Positions 1-11,689 of a stretch of 39,863 bases of DNA are shown here, piece by piece. The notes below the pieces were generated by a model that saw nothing but the letters and a program-made list of their open reading frames with translations, did no database searches and was not told where the DNA came from. Source of the stretch: Octopus bimaculoides (Eukaryota). The translations under genes and the position numbers were made by a program. The DNA lies in contig NC_068986.1 in NCBI RefSeq assembly GCF_001194135.2, positions 64,402,864-64,442,726 on the forward strand. The letters run 5' to 3'. The first letter of the stretch is position 1; each line of letters opens with the position of its first letter.

Positions 1-172
1 TGTGTGTGTGTGTGTGTGTGTGTGTTTGTGCATGCGTGTGTGTGTGTGAATGAGTGTGTGTATCTGTGTGTGTATGTATATATTCTACACACACCACACA
101 CATACATACGTACATATATAGGCGCACACACACACGCACACACACACACACACACACGCACACACACGCACG

Positions 173-204
<32 letters not shown>

Positions 205-210
205 CACACA
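1..210. repeat. Compound (TG)n / (CA)n microsatellite
   Basis: Read directly from sequence; explains the low-complexity N-terminus of ORF 4..633. Confidence 0.95.
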
Positions 211-3187
211 TATGGTGGGGTTGTCGGTTTAGTCGTCGACGACCCGACCATGGAACAGGTTTTACTGGACTACATGGTACTAGTACCACTGAAGACCCAC
301 CTGACATATAAAATGACATGGATGCACCCTGGTTCTAAGAAATGGCATCTTATAGATTACATCCTCACCAGGAAACGAGATACTAGGGACTTTGCTATTG
401 TACGAGTGATGCGCGGTGCAGAGTGCTGGACTGAACATAGGCTTTTGAGTGCCAAGGTGAATTTTGTTGTCAAGCCTAAGGTTAGAGCAAATAATGTCAA
501 ATTACCTAAACGGATTGATGTGAATAAACTTAAGATTCCATCAGTATGCAGTGAGTTTGTGAGTGAGATAAATAATTTGTCTTGTGATGGAAGCTGGAAG
601 TCATTAAAGAAAAAGAGGGTACGAGATTTGTAGTAACATTCTTGGCTTTATTGTAAAAAGCACCAAGATTGGTTTGACGATAATGATGAAGTTAATCTTA
701 TCTTAGAGAAGCTTAAGGTATTTATCATGTTGCAAAATGTTGACATGTCAACGAACAGGACAGTGACTACATATTTCAAGGCTGTAAAAGCAACAGTGCA
801 GAGGAAGCTGCGGATGATGCAGGAAAATTTGTGGAGTGATAGATGCGATGAAATCCAAGAAGCTTCAAATGCTAACAATTCCAAACTTTTTTACTCTCGC
901 TTGAAAAAAAGTTTATGGACCAGTTTCATCAAAGGTTGCGCCACTCCGGAGCAAGGATGGCACAGAATTATTAACAAATCCTAAAGATATTGTTGGGAGA
1001 AATAAAAGAACATTTTGATGAGTTGCTCAATAGACCCACTGAGGTTGATCTCTCTTTTCTTGATAATATACCCGAGAGACCAATAAAACGTCTTATAGCA
1101 GAAGTTCCAAACCTGGCTGAAATAAAAGCAGCAATCAGGAAATTGAACAATGGAAAGGCCCTGGTATGGATGGACTAGGTGCAGAGATATATAAATATGG
1201 TGGTGATAATCTTTGTGCAATGTTGACGGATGTGATTCAGAGGATTTGGCAAAGTGAAAAGGTTCCTCCGGATTGGCGTGATGCAACTATGGAGATACTA
1301 TATAAATCTAAAGGTGGAAAAGATGTCTGTGATAATTATCGCGGTATCTGTCTGTTGCTGGAAAGGTCGTCTGTAGGGTAATGCTGTATAGATTGTTTCT
1401 GCACATTGCTGATGAGGTTCTACCAGGATCGCAATGTGGGTTTAGGGATAGTAGGAGTACTATGGAAATGATATTTTCGGCTAGACAGTTGCAAGAGAAG
1501 TGCATCAAACAGGATATGGAGTTATACCAGGTTTTCATTGACCTAACAAAAGTCTTTGATTCTATCAATAGAATTGCACTTTGAGAGATCCTAAAAACGC
1601 TAGGATACCCTGAAAAATTTGTGAGAATGCTTTAACAATTTCATGACAAGATGGAAGTGAGAGTTAATGTTGGAGGTACCTTATCAGATCTAATTTCTGT
1701 AGAAGATAGTGTAAAGCAAAGTGATATTCCTGCTCCTACACTGTTTGCTATATATTTCGCAATAGTCTTTCAAATAGCTTTTAAAGATTGCCCTGAAGGG
1801 GTCTATATAAGATAGAAAACAACAGGAAAACTGTTCAATCTCAAAAGACTCTGTGCTAAAACGAAAGTTCTGCATTCTCACCTTGTTGAGTTTCTGTATG
1901 AAAATGATTGTGACCTGTTGGCACATTCTCAGAAAGATATGTAGCACATGGTGAATGCGATTTCCACAGCATGTGCAGCATTGGGTCTAACAATCAATCT
2001 GAAAAAAACTGTTATAATGTACCATCCCGCTCCCACCAAGATGTATGTGGAACCTTTTATAACTGTAAATGGTCAAAGGTTGGAGACTGCACCTAGACTT
2101 ATTTATTTAGGAAGTACCTTGAGCACTACTGGTCTTGATGATGAAATTTCATACAAAATCAGCAGGGCTAATAGTGCTTTTGGTAGGCTTGATAGGCATC
2201 TGTGGAAACAACATAACATATCTTCACAAATTAAAGTTAAGGTATATAACACATGCGTCCTCCCATCTTTGCTATGTGGAAGTGAGGTTGTGTACCGTAG
2301 GCAGGTAAGGCAATTAGAACGATTTCATCAATACTGTCTGAAAAAAATTTTGGGAATAAACTGGAAAATGGCCATTAGTAATGTGGAGGTGCTTGAGAGG
2401 AGTGGCAGTAGAAGTAGAGAGTCAATGATTTTGCAAAGACGTTTGAGGTTGGGTGGTGGGGGGCATTTGGTAAGGATGAGTGATGAGCGACTGCTCAAGC
2501 AGCTATTGTATGGTGAGCTGGAAGATGGTAGGAGACCAGCGCATAAGCCGAAACTAAGGTTTAAGGATTGCCTTAAAAATGCTCTAACACAGACAGGAAT
2601 TGCAGCTGGTATTTGGGAGAGGGAGGCACAAGACCGTGATGGATGGAGGAAGATAGTGCATGATGGTTGTTCAAGGTTTGAGAGGGAGTTAGTGAAGTAT
2701 GAGAGGATTAGGAGGGGGCATAGAAGGGGGGGACGCGTGGAAAGTGAGAGAGTNNNNNNNNNNTGAAGTATGAGAGGATTAGGAGGGGGCATAGAAGGGG
2801 GGGACGCGTGGAAAGTGAGAGAGTGTTTTTTTATGTGTGTGGTTTGTGGGCGGAGGTGTTTGAGTCGTGCAGGCCTGGTGAGCCATCAAAATTCTCATAG
2901 AAATTGACCCGTGATAAACAATGATGTGGCTATTAAAATTCGTAACAGAACGTGTGTAAAATGTGGAAGGGTGTGCCTCTCAGTTGGAGGTCTAAAAAAA
3001 CATGTTAAGAGAGTGCATATGGTGACATCTGTTTCTCCTGTCAGCCAGCACAGTTGTCTAGTAATAAAATGTGTAAAAGCTTGGCCGGGCTTAAAAGTCA
3101 TATAAGGGTATCACATGGCAACAATCATGAATCATTTCAGTAAGTCTTCTTGGCAATGGCTTTTCTTGTGAAACGAGGATGCAGCAG
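211..3187 (+). mobile_element. RTE-clade non-LTR retrotransposon (copy 1), internally deleted and degenerate
   Basis: APE C-terminus TWMHPGSKKWHLIDYIL (about 310-480); HQDWFDDND (661-687); RT motifs NYRGICLL, QCGFRDSRSTMEMIFSARQLQEK, FIDLTKVFD; catalytic LYADD decayed to LYEND (about 1895); thumb/C-terminal region in ORF 1948..2766; 3' UTR CAATGG...GGATG like copy 2. Several stops and frameshifts. Confidence 0.93.
2836..3116 (+). pseudogene. Three tandem C2H2 zinc-finger motifs at the end of the RTE ORF
   Basis: CVVCGRRCLSRAGLVSHQNSH (2836-2898), CVKCGRVCLSVGGLKKHVKRVH (2953-3018) and CL..NKMCKSLAGLKSHIRVSH (about 3055-3116; needs repair of a small frameshifting deletion). Confidence 0.8.
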
Positions 3188-4669
3188 AGTTGCAGCCATT
3201 TCACTTGACGCCATTGCTATGGTAATGTATTCCATTTGGCGTAGTTTAGCCAGAAGATGGTTGATGACAAATGTCTTGCCAGTTCCACCTGGAGCATACA
3301 AAAAGAAAAGACCTCCTCTTTCACTTTCAATGCTCGAAATAATGGTCTTATAAACACCCAGTTGGTCCTTCATCAATTTGTGTTCATTATTAGCTATATA
3401 CGCTGTCATTTCGTCGATGTCATAGCTGATTTCTCGCAGGTACTCAATTGAAGCAGTTTGAAGCAGACCAAGTGTGGCAATGCTTTGAGCTCCCATAGCT
3501 TGCAAGTCAAGTAATGCCTCATTGTAAATGGCGTTATTGAACGTGGAAATTTCCGCTGAGGTTTACCTTTGAATCATTTGTAGGATGTCCTCTGTCATGC
3601 TGGTTTTGTGGTTCGCCCGTGTCATCAACATTATAGAAAATACCTGGCGCAGTTGACTTGGTACTCTGCTGACTGCTGCCTCTTCCAGTGTTTGGTCCCA
3701 GTGAGTATCGTCCTCCAGTAGTCCATGTTTGGCGCAGGCTTCTCTGTAGTAGGTCGTGCAGACTTCCCCATTGTGTCTTCGAAGGTCTGACTGTGTCCAA
3801 CTCTAGACATAGAAAGAAGTACTCCTGCTGATTAGGGTGCACAGTGTACACCTGCCCTATGGTCCCACTTCTGAAGACATCATGTTACTCCTAGTCCTCA
3901 ACGCACGCTCCTTGCTTGCGTCTGTTCCATATATTGTGTGCCCAAGTATAGTATACGGGAACCTCAACATACAACAGCGCTCGACCAAACAGACAACAGT
4001 ATAATTTGAAGAAAGCTGTCAAAGTAGTTTCTGGTGGATTCAGAACTACATTTTAAGCATTGTTTTCTGTGAAATATACACGCTGACCATTTTCAAGATG
4101 TACAGATAGATTCATCACTATTGGATGCCGCTCGTGGATTTGGAAGCCTTCGTCAGAGGAAATTCATCTGTCTGCCTGCCTGCACTCCTGTTCAAGTCCC
4201 AAAACCGCCATATCTGAACCCTTATTGATGTATTTACATACATATTTAATACTTTTTATAGAGTTGCATGATTCAACATTAACATGGGCCTGCAATGTTT
4301 CAGACAGCAATGGGTTGTAGGGCACGATCCACCTGTTGTCAATTTTCATCCTTGACCATTCACTATGAGCTTGGTAGTGCTTAGGGTGATCAAAGAAAAA
4401 TGAATGGGTTATTTCCTTTGGTTAGGAAAATGAACGGATTATTTCTCTTGGATGTTAAAGGAAAATATATTCGTTATATATGTGGACCCCTTCTAGGAGC
4501 CGTAGCCTTCCAATTACAGACTTTTATTAAATTTCAATGAACCTAGTAACAAACTGGATGTTACTTGAACATTTTTGCAAAGTTTCATGAAAGTTCGTTA
4601 ACGGGTGTTGACGGCAACTTGATACAAATAGACATCCAAACAGACAACTTGCGTTTATATATGAATAGA
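3182..4669 (-). mobile_element. Helitron relic: 5' terminus plus deleted RepHel fragment (Rep C-terminal region to helicase motif Ia)
   Basis: Minus strand starts A|TCTATTCATATATAAA at 4669. KIDNRWIVPYNPLLS...HVNVESCNSIKSIKYVCKYINKGSD (4164..4349), HERHP..NLSVHLENGQRVYF, and PIF1-type Walker A APGGTGKT followed by IAMASSEMAATLL (3137..3505 track). 3' part not visible. Confidence 0.92.
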
Positions 4670-4719
4670 TATATAAATTTGCAACGGATTACTAAATCTT
4701 GCGCCTCGCCTAAGTATAA

Positions 4720-5166
4720 GGTATACTTCCTGTGAGCTATTATCATTCTACACAAATCAGTGTCTCTGATATATTTTACAAATATTCTATAAACCCATTT
4801 CCAAAGGTACCTTTATCTTTATTTATTCTTTAATTAGCATTTGTTATGCATACCTTGACTCATCCTTATTTTTTATCTCGTTTTTTTTTTATCTATCTCT
4901 GTTATACCTTTTATATCATTCGCAATGAAATATTTTATTTTATTTTATTTTATAAATTCCTTATAAAAACTTTTATATAAAAATAATTTCTTTTATTTTT
5001 TATTTCTTATACCTTATATTATTAAGTTTTTATGTATCCATATACTCTCCTATATACTTGTGTAGCTTCTACAGATTGTAGAGGGGTTTATAATTTCTTT
5101 TCATAAAACTCACTGTATAATATAATACAATATTACTTTTCTGTTTATAATTACACTTTATGTTTC

Positions 5167-5223
<57 letters not shown>

Positions 5224-6470
5224 TGTGATGTTTTTATACTTTCTTATATGCTTTCATAATTTTTTCACAGTGCTTGTAATTTATAAATAAATTTTTTTCA
5301 AGATCTCTTATATAAGTTTACCCGACATAGAAATACTTATTTCATTTTTTAGCTTTCAGTTATGTAATATTCAATAAATAGTTACATGCCCATATCGGTT
5401 TAGCTATTACTTCCGCATGTACTCTATTATACATTTAGTATACATCTAATTTACTTACCCCTTACAGTCGATTCCATATTTTAGATATCTTATAATCATT
5501 GATAAATTCACTGTGGAATGGTTTTATCATGACCACCTTAACAATGTGCTTACGAAAGGCCTTATGAACTTTCTCAAATATATTAAAGTACCTCATTATT
5601 AGGTTTTAAGTTTAATTTCTATCCTTTTCTTTTATATTGATCTAAAATTCTTTTCTAAATTTAATATAATAAATTTGCTAAATTATGATGCATCCCGTAT
5701 TCCTCAATTCTAATTCCCCCCACCCCTTAGAGATTATTTTCACCTCTTTTGTTTTTTACTATATTCCCCTCTTATTCGATAATCTAAATAAGTACTAGCC
5801 ACCCCTATCCTTCCTTCACTTTATCACCTCTTCTCCATCAGTCATTCTCTCACTAGCAGCTCTGAGACATATCCTTTTATGTAGATAAAGCTATGGTCCC
5901 AGTAAAATAAGGGTCTGGGAGGTTGTCTGACATTAATTAATTTATCACCATCAACTGGAATATAGCTGACAACTCCCAATGTATTTAATACTAAATAGTT
6001 GTAGACTATATGCTGCATAAAATCTTATAAATAAAATAAAAATATATATAAATAACTACCTCGCCACTCCTATATCTCGACCGCCACTATTTTCCTCTGC
6101 TACTGTCTAAATTATAGCAGGCTTAGTAAGATATACATTTTTCTCTAAATTCATTCTGTCACAAATATAACATAAGGAAACAATGTAATTATTTTGGTTT
6201 CTAGTATTGATATAAATTTTGCTAAAAATGGTTTATCCATTTTGCTGGAAATCTATATGGCCATCTGCGTCTGAGGAGAGCGGTTTCTTTCAAATTGATG
6301 TAATGTTTTCATTGATCGATGAAATGGAGCCGCTTGAAACGGCCGTAATGCACTGATACCTGGACATCCTTGTTACTTATTTGCTTTTTGTTCACCTAAC
6401 TTCGAGCTGCGCGTACTATACCGAACTGGCTCGGTGCCTCAATTTAAGTACTTAATTCAACTGAATCATA
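4720..6470 (-). mobile_element. Highly degenerate Penelope-like element remnant (possible GIY-YIG relic)
   Basis: A-rich minus strand with the stop-interrupted translation KYFYVG*T (about 5316-5340), and a hammerhead fold on the opposite strand at 6266. Protein similarity is weak and judged by eye. Confidence 0.35.
6266..6352 (+). ncRNA. Type I hammerhead ribozyme HH1 (extended stem II)
   Basis: Stem I TGCGT/ATGCA; core CTGAGGA 6271-6277; stem II GAGCGGTTTC/GGAGCCGCTT with inner TTTCA/TGAAA; GAAA 6336-6339; palindromic stem III ACGGCCGT; GUA site, cleavage after 6347. Confidence 0.8.
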
Positions 6471-6940
6471 ATCATATATGTGTGTGTGTATGTGTTTGTG
6501 TGTGTGTGCATAGAGAAAGAAAGAGGGAGATGGAGAGAGAGAGAGAGGGGAAGCGAGAAAGTGATAGATAAATATAGACACACCCACATACAAACATATC
6601 TATGCCTGTAAATCGTACATATCTCATCCTATATAATCCCTTGTTTCGTAAACCTGTTGACCGCCACCAGCATCATTGTCAAAATTATGTCCTTTTACAA
6701 GTTTTATCTTAGCATCGTTTCCTCTCAGTCTGCCTCTCCTTCATGTAGGAAACTATACTTGCGAGATAGTTTCAGAAAAATAATTGTTTTAGCAGACTTG
6801 TGTATACCATAACAGTACTCATCCTTTTATAACAACAGGTCAGTAAAATGTAAAAAAATGTGCGTCAATTCCTCTTCTATAACGACATTTATTAATGATA
6901 TTGCCGACATCTTTTCTATGTGGTGGAATTATTATAATCA

Positions 6941-6943
<3 letters not shown>

Positions 6944-7013
<70 letters not shown>
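6944..7013. repeat. (TAT)n microsatellite
   Basis: About 23 perfect units; source of the poly-I and poly-Y ORFs. Confidence 0.95.
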
Positions 7014-7290
7014 CATGATCAGTCCAGGATTATTGATGGAATATTTGATGTCGACCTCGGTCACTGTATTTAACACATGCGCGTGCAGACACCCACGCAC
7101 CTACGCTCACGCGCTCACGCGCTCACGCATATCTGTTTATTCAGGCTGGCAATTGCTTAGATCTGCCGGAAATTAGGCTTGCGATTTATGCGTGAGCCCT
7201 CTTGTAAAAGTACCTAACTAAAACGTATTGAATAATTCTTCAGTTTAATGTTTTTTATCTCTTGACATAAAAACAAACACTAACATATAA

Positions 7291-7453
7291 TTTTATTCTT
7301 TTATTCTTTTACTTGTTTCAGTCACCTGACTGCGGCCATGCTGGAGCACCGCCTTAAAGGGTTTTAGTCTAAGAAATCGACTTCAGCACTTATTATTTGT
7401 TAGCTTAGTACTTATTCTATCGGTCTTGTTTGCCGAACCGCAAGTTACGGGGA
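7291..7453 (-). mobile_element. tRNA-headed SINE family A, 3' half
   Basis: Matches the 3' part of the full-length copies at 16732-17172 and 34682-35080 in reverse orientation. Confidence 0.88.
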
Positions 7454-7740
7454 ATTTTGTTGTTCTTTTTATAGCATTTATAATCTATTTGAATTATTAA
7501 CGCTTACGTTTCTAAACATGGGTATTTTTTGAATCAGTATTTTTTGTAATTTGGCAGTCCATATATGGAATTTCGTCTGTTTTTTGAATAAAGGCTCTGA
7601 AGAGGCTTGTCTACATAGATGTGAATTTTTTTTATAGATTCACTAGTGTATATGAGTAGAAACAAATTGTCGGCTTTATATTTGATTTAAAAAAAAAAAT
7701 TTGTCATTTTATATTATATCTTTTTTTGTCAATTGTATTT
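7454..7740 (+). mobile_element. Hammerhead-bearing Penelope-LTR/retrozyme-like insert splitting a SINE
   Basis: T-rich tract followed by a hammerhead fold; lies between the 3' and 5' halves of one SINE-A copy. Confidence 0.55.
7590..7677 (+). ncRNA. Type I hammerhead ribozyme HH2 (extended stem II)
   Basis: Stem I AAGGCT/GGCTTT; CTGAAGA 7597-7603; imperfect long stem II with inner GTGAATTT/AGATTCAC; GAAA 7659-7662; stem III ACAA-A-TTGT; GUC site, cleavage after 7671. Confidence 0.65.
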
Positions 7741-7774
7741 CTCTATTTCCTTTAATATATATATATATATATAT

Positions 7775-7908
7775 GCATACACGACGCGCTTCTTTTCAGT
7801 TTCTACCAAATCCACTCACAAACTTTGATCGGACCGAGGCTATTATAGAAGACACTTGCCCAAGGTACCACGCAGCGGGACTGAACTCAGAATCATGTGG
7901 TTGGGAAG
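7775..7908 (-). mobile_element. SINE family A, 5' half (B-box region)
   Basis: Reverse complement of ...ccacatgattctgagttcagtcccgctgcgtggtaccttgggcaagtgtcttcta..., as in the full-length copies. Confidence 0.88.
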
Positions 7909-8339
7909 TATTATATGTATATATACATGTATATATACATTAGGTATACATACATATTAAGGAATATATGTAAATACATATAACGCGTTTATATGAATAT
8001 ATGTGTATGTATATGTGTGTGTGTGTGTCTGTGTGTGTGTGATAAAATACACCGGTGTTTTCAAATTTTATCCTTTTATTTTAAATTTGCTTCCATTTTC
8101 TTCTAAAATTTAATTTTATTTATCAGCTTTTGAATAATAAAGCTCCTAAGTTCACATTCGCCTTTCCAGACACCCAGCGTCTCACTTTCATTAAGTGAAA
8201 TGGATTTGGCGTCTCCATTGTATCTTATATATTGGTTGAATACATGTACACTTTTCCGCCACACACATACACATGCATATAAGTATATATACATACAGAC
8301 CTACTTACATGCATGCATATATACATACATAATACATAA

Positions 8340-8394
<55 letters not shown>

Positions 8395-8856
8395 CATATA
8401 CACGCGCGTATACACGTGTACATATGGATGTATCCATATAAATTTGTTTCGTAGCACAATTAACGTTTTCAATTTTTCAATAGAAAGTGTGCTCTAGTTT
8501 GTAAATACTTTCTAAACAATAGAAATAATGCTGAAATTTATATGCATTGTTATACATTTACACACGCCAGAAAGCAATAAAATCTCTATTACACAACGTT
8601 TAATAAGAATAAAAACGTTCATATGTATATTATATCATATATAAAATTATATTCTGTATATACATATTCTGTATGCACACACACACTCATACACGCGCGC
8701 GCACACACACATATGGGTGGCTAATTCGCAATTTTACATCCTAAAGGCAGAAATATATACGACACTAAAGTATTGCTAGAAGTAAGAGTCAAAACAACTG
8801 AAGAGCCACAAAAAGTGCTATCTTAATGTACGTGTATGTGTATAAATGTATACACG

Positions 8857-8902
<46 letters not shown>

Positions 8903-8917
8903 AATACATATATATGC

Positions 8918-9036
8918 AAGTCAGAGGAGGAAAAGAAGCGCTCATTACCATTTGTCGGGTCTCCGCGAGCGTTGGGGAAGAAGGGTGGAAGAAACCGTGA
9001 TTGATAGACAACTGAAGCAGGAAGCTGTACATTAGG

Positions 9037-9083
<47 letters not shown>

Positions 9084-9245
9084 TGTGTTGCTGCACACGT
9101 GCTTTTTTGTCGGGCTACTTTGCCCTTCTCTCCGGATCTTTCCGCTTTTCTCTTTCTGATGAAGATCCGTGCTCGAAACGTCAAACTCCCTCCTTTTTTT
9201 TCCATCTTAAACTGAGCGTCAACCTAATACATTCAGTCTTTTGAT
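8918..9245 (+). mobile_element. Short non-coding hammerhead-bearing repeat with internal (TG)n; retrozyme/Penelope-LTR-like
   Basis: Purine-rich head, (TG)n, pyrimidine tract, then a minimal hammerhead. The first about 120 bp recur as a direct repeat at 9405-9520. Confidence 0.6.
9153..9185 (+). ncRNA. Minimal type I hammerhead HH3 (partly decayed)
   Basis: TTT CTGATGA A GATC CGT GCTC GAAAC GTC AAA; stem II has one mismatch; ACGT palindrome; stem I only 3 bp. Confidence 0.6.
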
Positions 9246-9308
9246 TTTTGTTGCTTTTGTTTTATTTTTGTTCTAATTTTTGACTTGCCTATATATATAT
9301 ATATATAT

Positions 9309-9340
<32 letters not shown>

Positions 9341-9404
9341 GTATGTATACACGCGCGCACACGCACATATACACATAAAAACACACACGAATGCATATAT
9401 ATTT

Positions 9405-9520
9405 AAGTTAGTGGAGGAAAAGAAGCGCTCATCTGCAGGGTCTCTGATAGAGCTAGAGAAGGAGGGTGAAAAGAACTGTGATTGATAGATAACTGAAGTA
9501 GAAAGCTGTACATTAGGATA
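9405..9520 (+). repeat. Truncated direct repeat of the 8918-9041 head
   Basis: Shared GGAGGAAAAGAAGCGCTCAT and TGATTGATAGA.AACTGAAG.AG.AAGCTGTACATTAGGATAT blocks. Confidence 0.85.
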
Positions 9521-9984
9521 TCGACCTATCTCTCGCTCGATGGGAGAATGGTCAAATGGTTAGCTAAAAGCATTTGAGAGCCTTGTATTACTTTAGATGA
9601 CACGTTAAGTCCAATTAAAAAAAGGCTAAAAACACCCAGGGTTAATCCGATTGGTTTCCGTAAAATTTTTGTCTATTTTCACTCACAAAGTTTGAGACGA
9701 CCGATGATGTGTAAGGAAACAATTATTCAAGATTCATCGCAGTGAGATCGAACCCAGAATCATGCGACTACAAAGGAAACATTAACATTATGCACACGCC
9801 TGCGTCCTACATCTGATTACAGCGTGCAGGACCTTGGGCAGGAATCTTCTGACTAAGCATCGGTTCAATCCAAACGTGGCTGAAATTAGCTGAAAACTGT
9901 AGATGTTCCTATGGTGGGCTATGCATGCAATGCGAAGACTCAACCTTGAAACAGCGGGCAGAATCAACACTCGGCTTGTGCTAA

Positions 9985-10122
9985 TTTCAACCAAATAGAC
10001 CGGAGCAACATGAAATACAGTATCATTCTCAATGAAAGAATGCACTAACCGATCTAAGAATCGAACCCTCGACCTTATTATCGTAAGTTCGACATTCTAC
10101 TCCTCAGACAACGCGCCTTCAC
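9985..10122 (-). mobile_element. tRNA-headed SINE family D, degenerate
   Basis: Minus strand begins gtgaaggcgcgttgtctgaggagtagaatg, has a B-box gggttcgattc and continues tttcatgttgctcc; related to 15699-15920. Confidence 0.6.
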
Positions 10123-10794
10123 ATGTATTATTCATATAGAGTTGGGTGAACTGAAGCAATGTAGAAATACTATCAGTTGATTTAAACTTTCGAACCATTA
10201 GCAATATCTTATCTCTTCAGTAATTTCGCATCAACGGTTTCTCATTTTCCTATATTTCAACAATAGTGGTCTTGTATGCCGAAGTAAATAAGAAATAATA
10301 GTAATAATAAAACGGTCTAATCATTAGAGCAGAAATAAAGGTCTAGGTTGTAAACTATCCAGGAATTTCCTAAGCAACAAAGGTATTCTGAAGCAAGTTG
10401 CTTTGTTCAGTTTGAATATCTCTTTAAGTTAGTTGTGGTAAGAGCAGGAGGGTAAAAGTAAACTAAGTTTTGAGGTGAAGGAATGTAAAGAATGCCATGA
10501 AGAGGAGGGAACATCCTAATGAGAATATAATAGAAATAATAGATAAAGGAACACTGTTTAACGACATGCAAAGAGGCTGAAGATACTCTATACAAGAGGA
10601 TTTACTAATGATGCTAACAGCTTTCATTTGTAAAGTGCCAAGATCACGAAAAGATAAATCAGTGTTAGAACAAAGACCATTTTAAAATAAAGTAGCAAAT
10701 GAATCCCTTTATAAAAGGGGCGTCCAGTTTTGTTATCTCTTCCTGATTCTCCGCTTTTCCCCAACTTAATGCCGCCACCAGATTGACAACTAGC

Positions 10795-10890
10795 CAATGA
10801 AGGAACCTCTACGTGGTCTCTTGACTTGCCAGAAATACCTGTTAAATCCCACTCAAGTCACATTTACTGTCTGATAAAAAAAAAGGACAA
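10795..10890 (+). mobile_element. Interspersed repeat family C fragment
   Basis: TGACTTGCCAGAAATA...AAATC motif shared with 11690-11850, 20670-20830, 27325-27390 and (reverse) 33450-33500. Confidence 0.55.
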
Positions 10891-11689
10891 TTGGATAATG
10901 TAGTCCAGAGGCCCGAAAAATAAAAGAGACTGAATGTTCATGGATAAAATGCTTTTGATAATAGGTTTTCCCGACCAGGGCTGAACTAGGGCTAAATAGA
11001 ACAAGAACAAAGTTGAAGTTGATGACTAACCTGTTATATTGTGTTTGTGGAAGTGTGGAAGGTGGCATTTAATTCCACCCCGGAAGCTACAGACGCTCAT
11101 AAATTCAATTATTATTTCTGTCTTTAGCAATGATATTAGTAATTCACATAAGATCAATGTCTAATTCTTCAGTCTGACACACTGAAATATGAAGAATTTA
11201 GACAAAAGTTGCGGTTTGACACAGTAATTGAACTTATTAGTTCTACCATTCATAAAGATCCCTTAACATTTACTCCGTTTCCCTATGCGTCAATTGGTGC
11301 CAAATGATGTAAGCATCGCAAATATCAATCATAAGATTGATGAGTGATTTTGTTAGCTTTTTTTATAGCTTAGTCAAAGGAGGAAGGTCACGCCCATGAC
11401 ACTTTTCAGGGTCCCTGAGACTACCGAGAAGTTATTTTCAGACCAGAGACCCAGTCCAAATGCTTGCTAAAGACGTTAAAGTCACTGAAATGTGATGATT
11501 TTAAAATGAGCTGTAATGTTAAACTCGAATATTACGAACGGTGGGAATTGTCATGAGAAAGATGGGAGCCATCGAGTTGAATTTTTCCTCGGATAATTTA
11601 CATGGCATCCAAAAATCTAAAGCCGATGTTCCCACAGCTCAATAGCTTATTAGATTCACTTCGACAAAAGACAACGTGAGGGGCTTTAT

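Noticed and set aside
4-311. HT/CV-rich ORFs here and at 6840-7176, 8200-9098, 13956-14309, 15542-16191, 21117-21671, 22366-22841, 27889-28325 and 29685-30219
   Set aside because: Translations of microsatellites and N-runs, not proteins.
1407-1430. CTGANGA hits inside coding relics (also about 4150 minus and about 18791)
   Set aside because: Codon-derived; no complete stems.
2693-2824. 61-bp tandem duplication in RTE copy 1
   Set aside because: Identical copies either side of a 10-N gap; typical unmerged contig overlap.
8796-8826. CTGAAGAGCCAC-AAAAA-GTGC
   Set aside because: No GAAA or stem III follows; at most a truncated relic.
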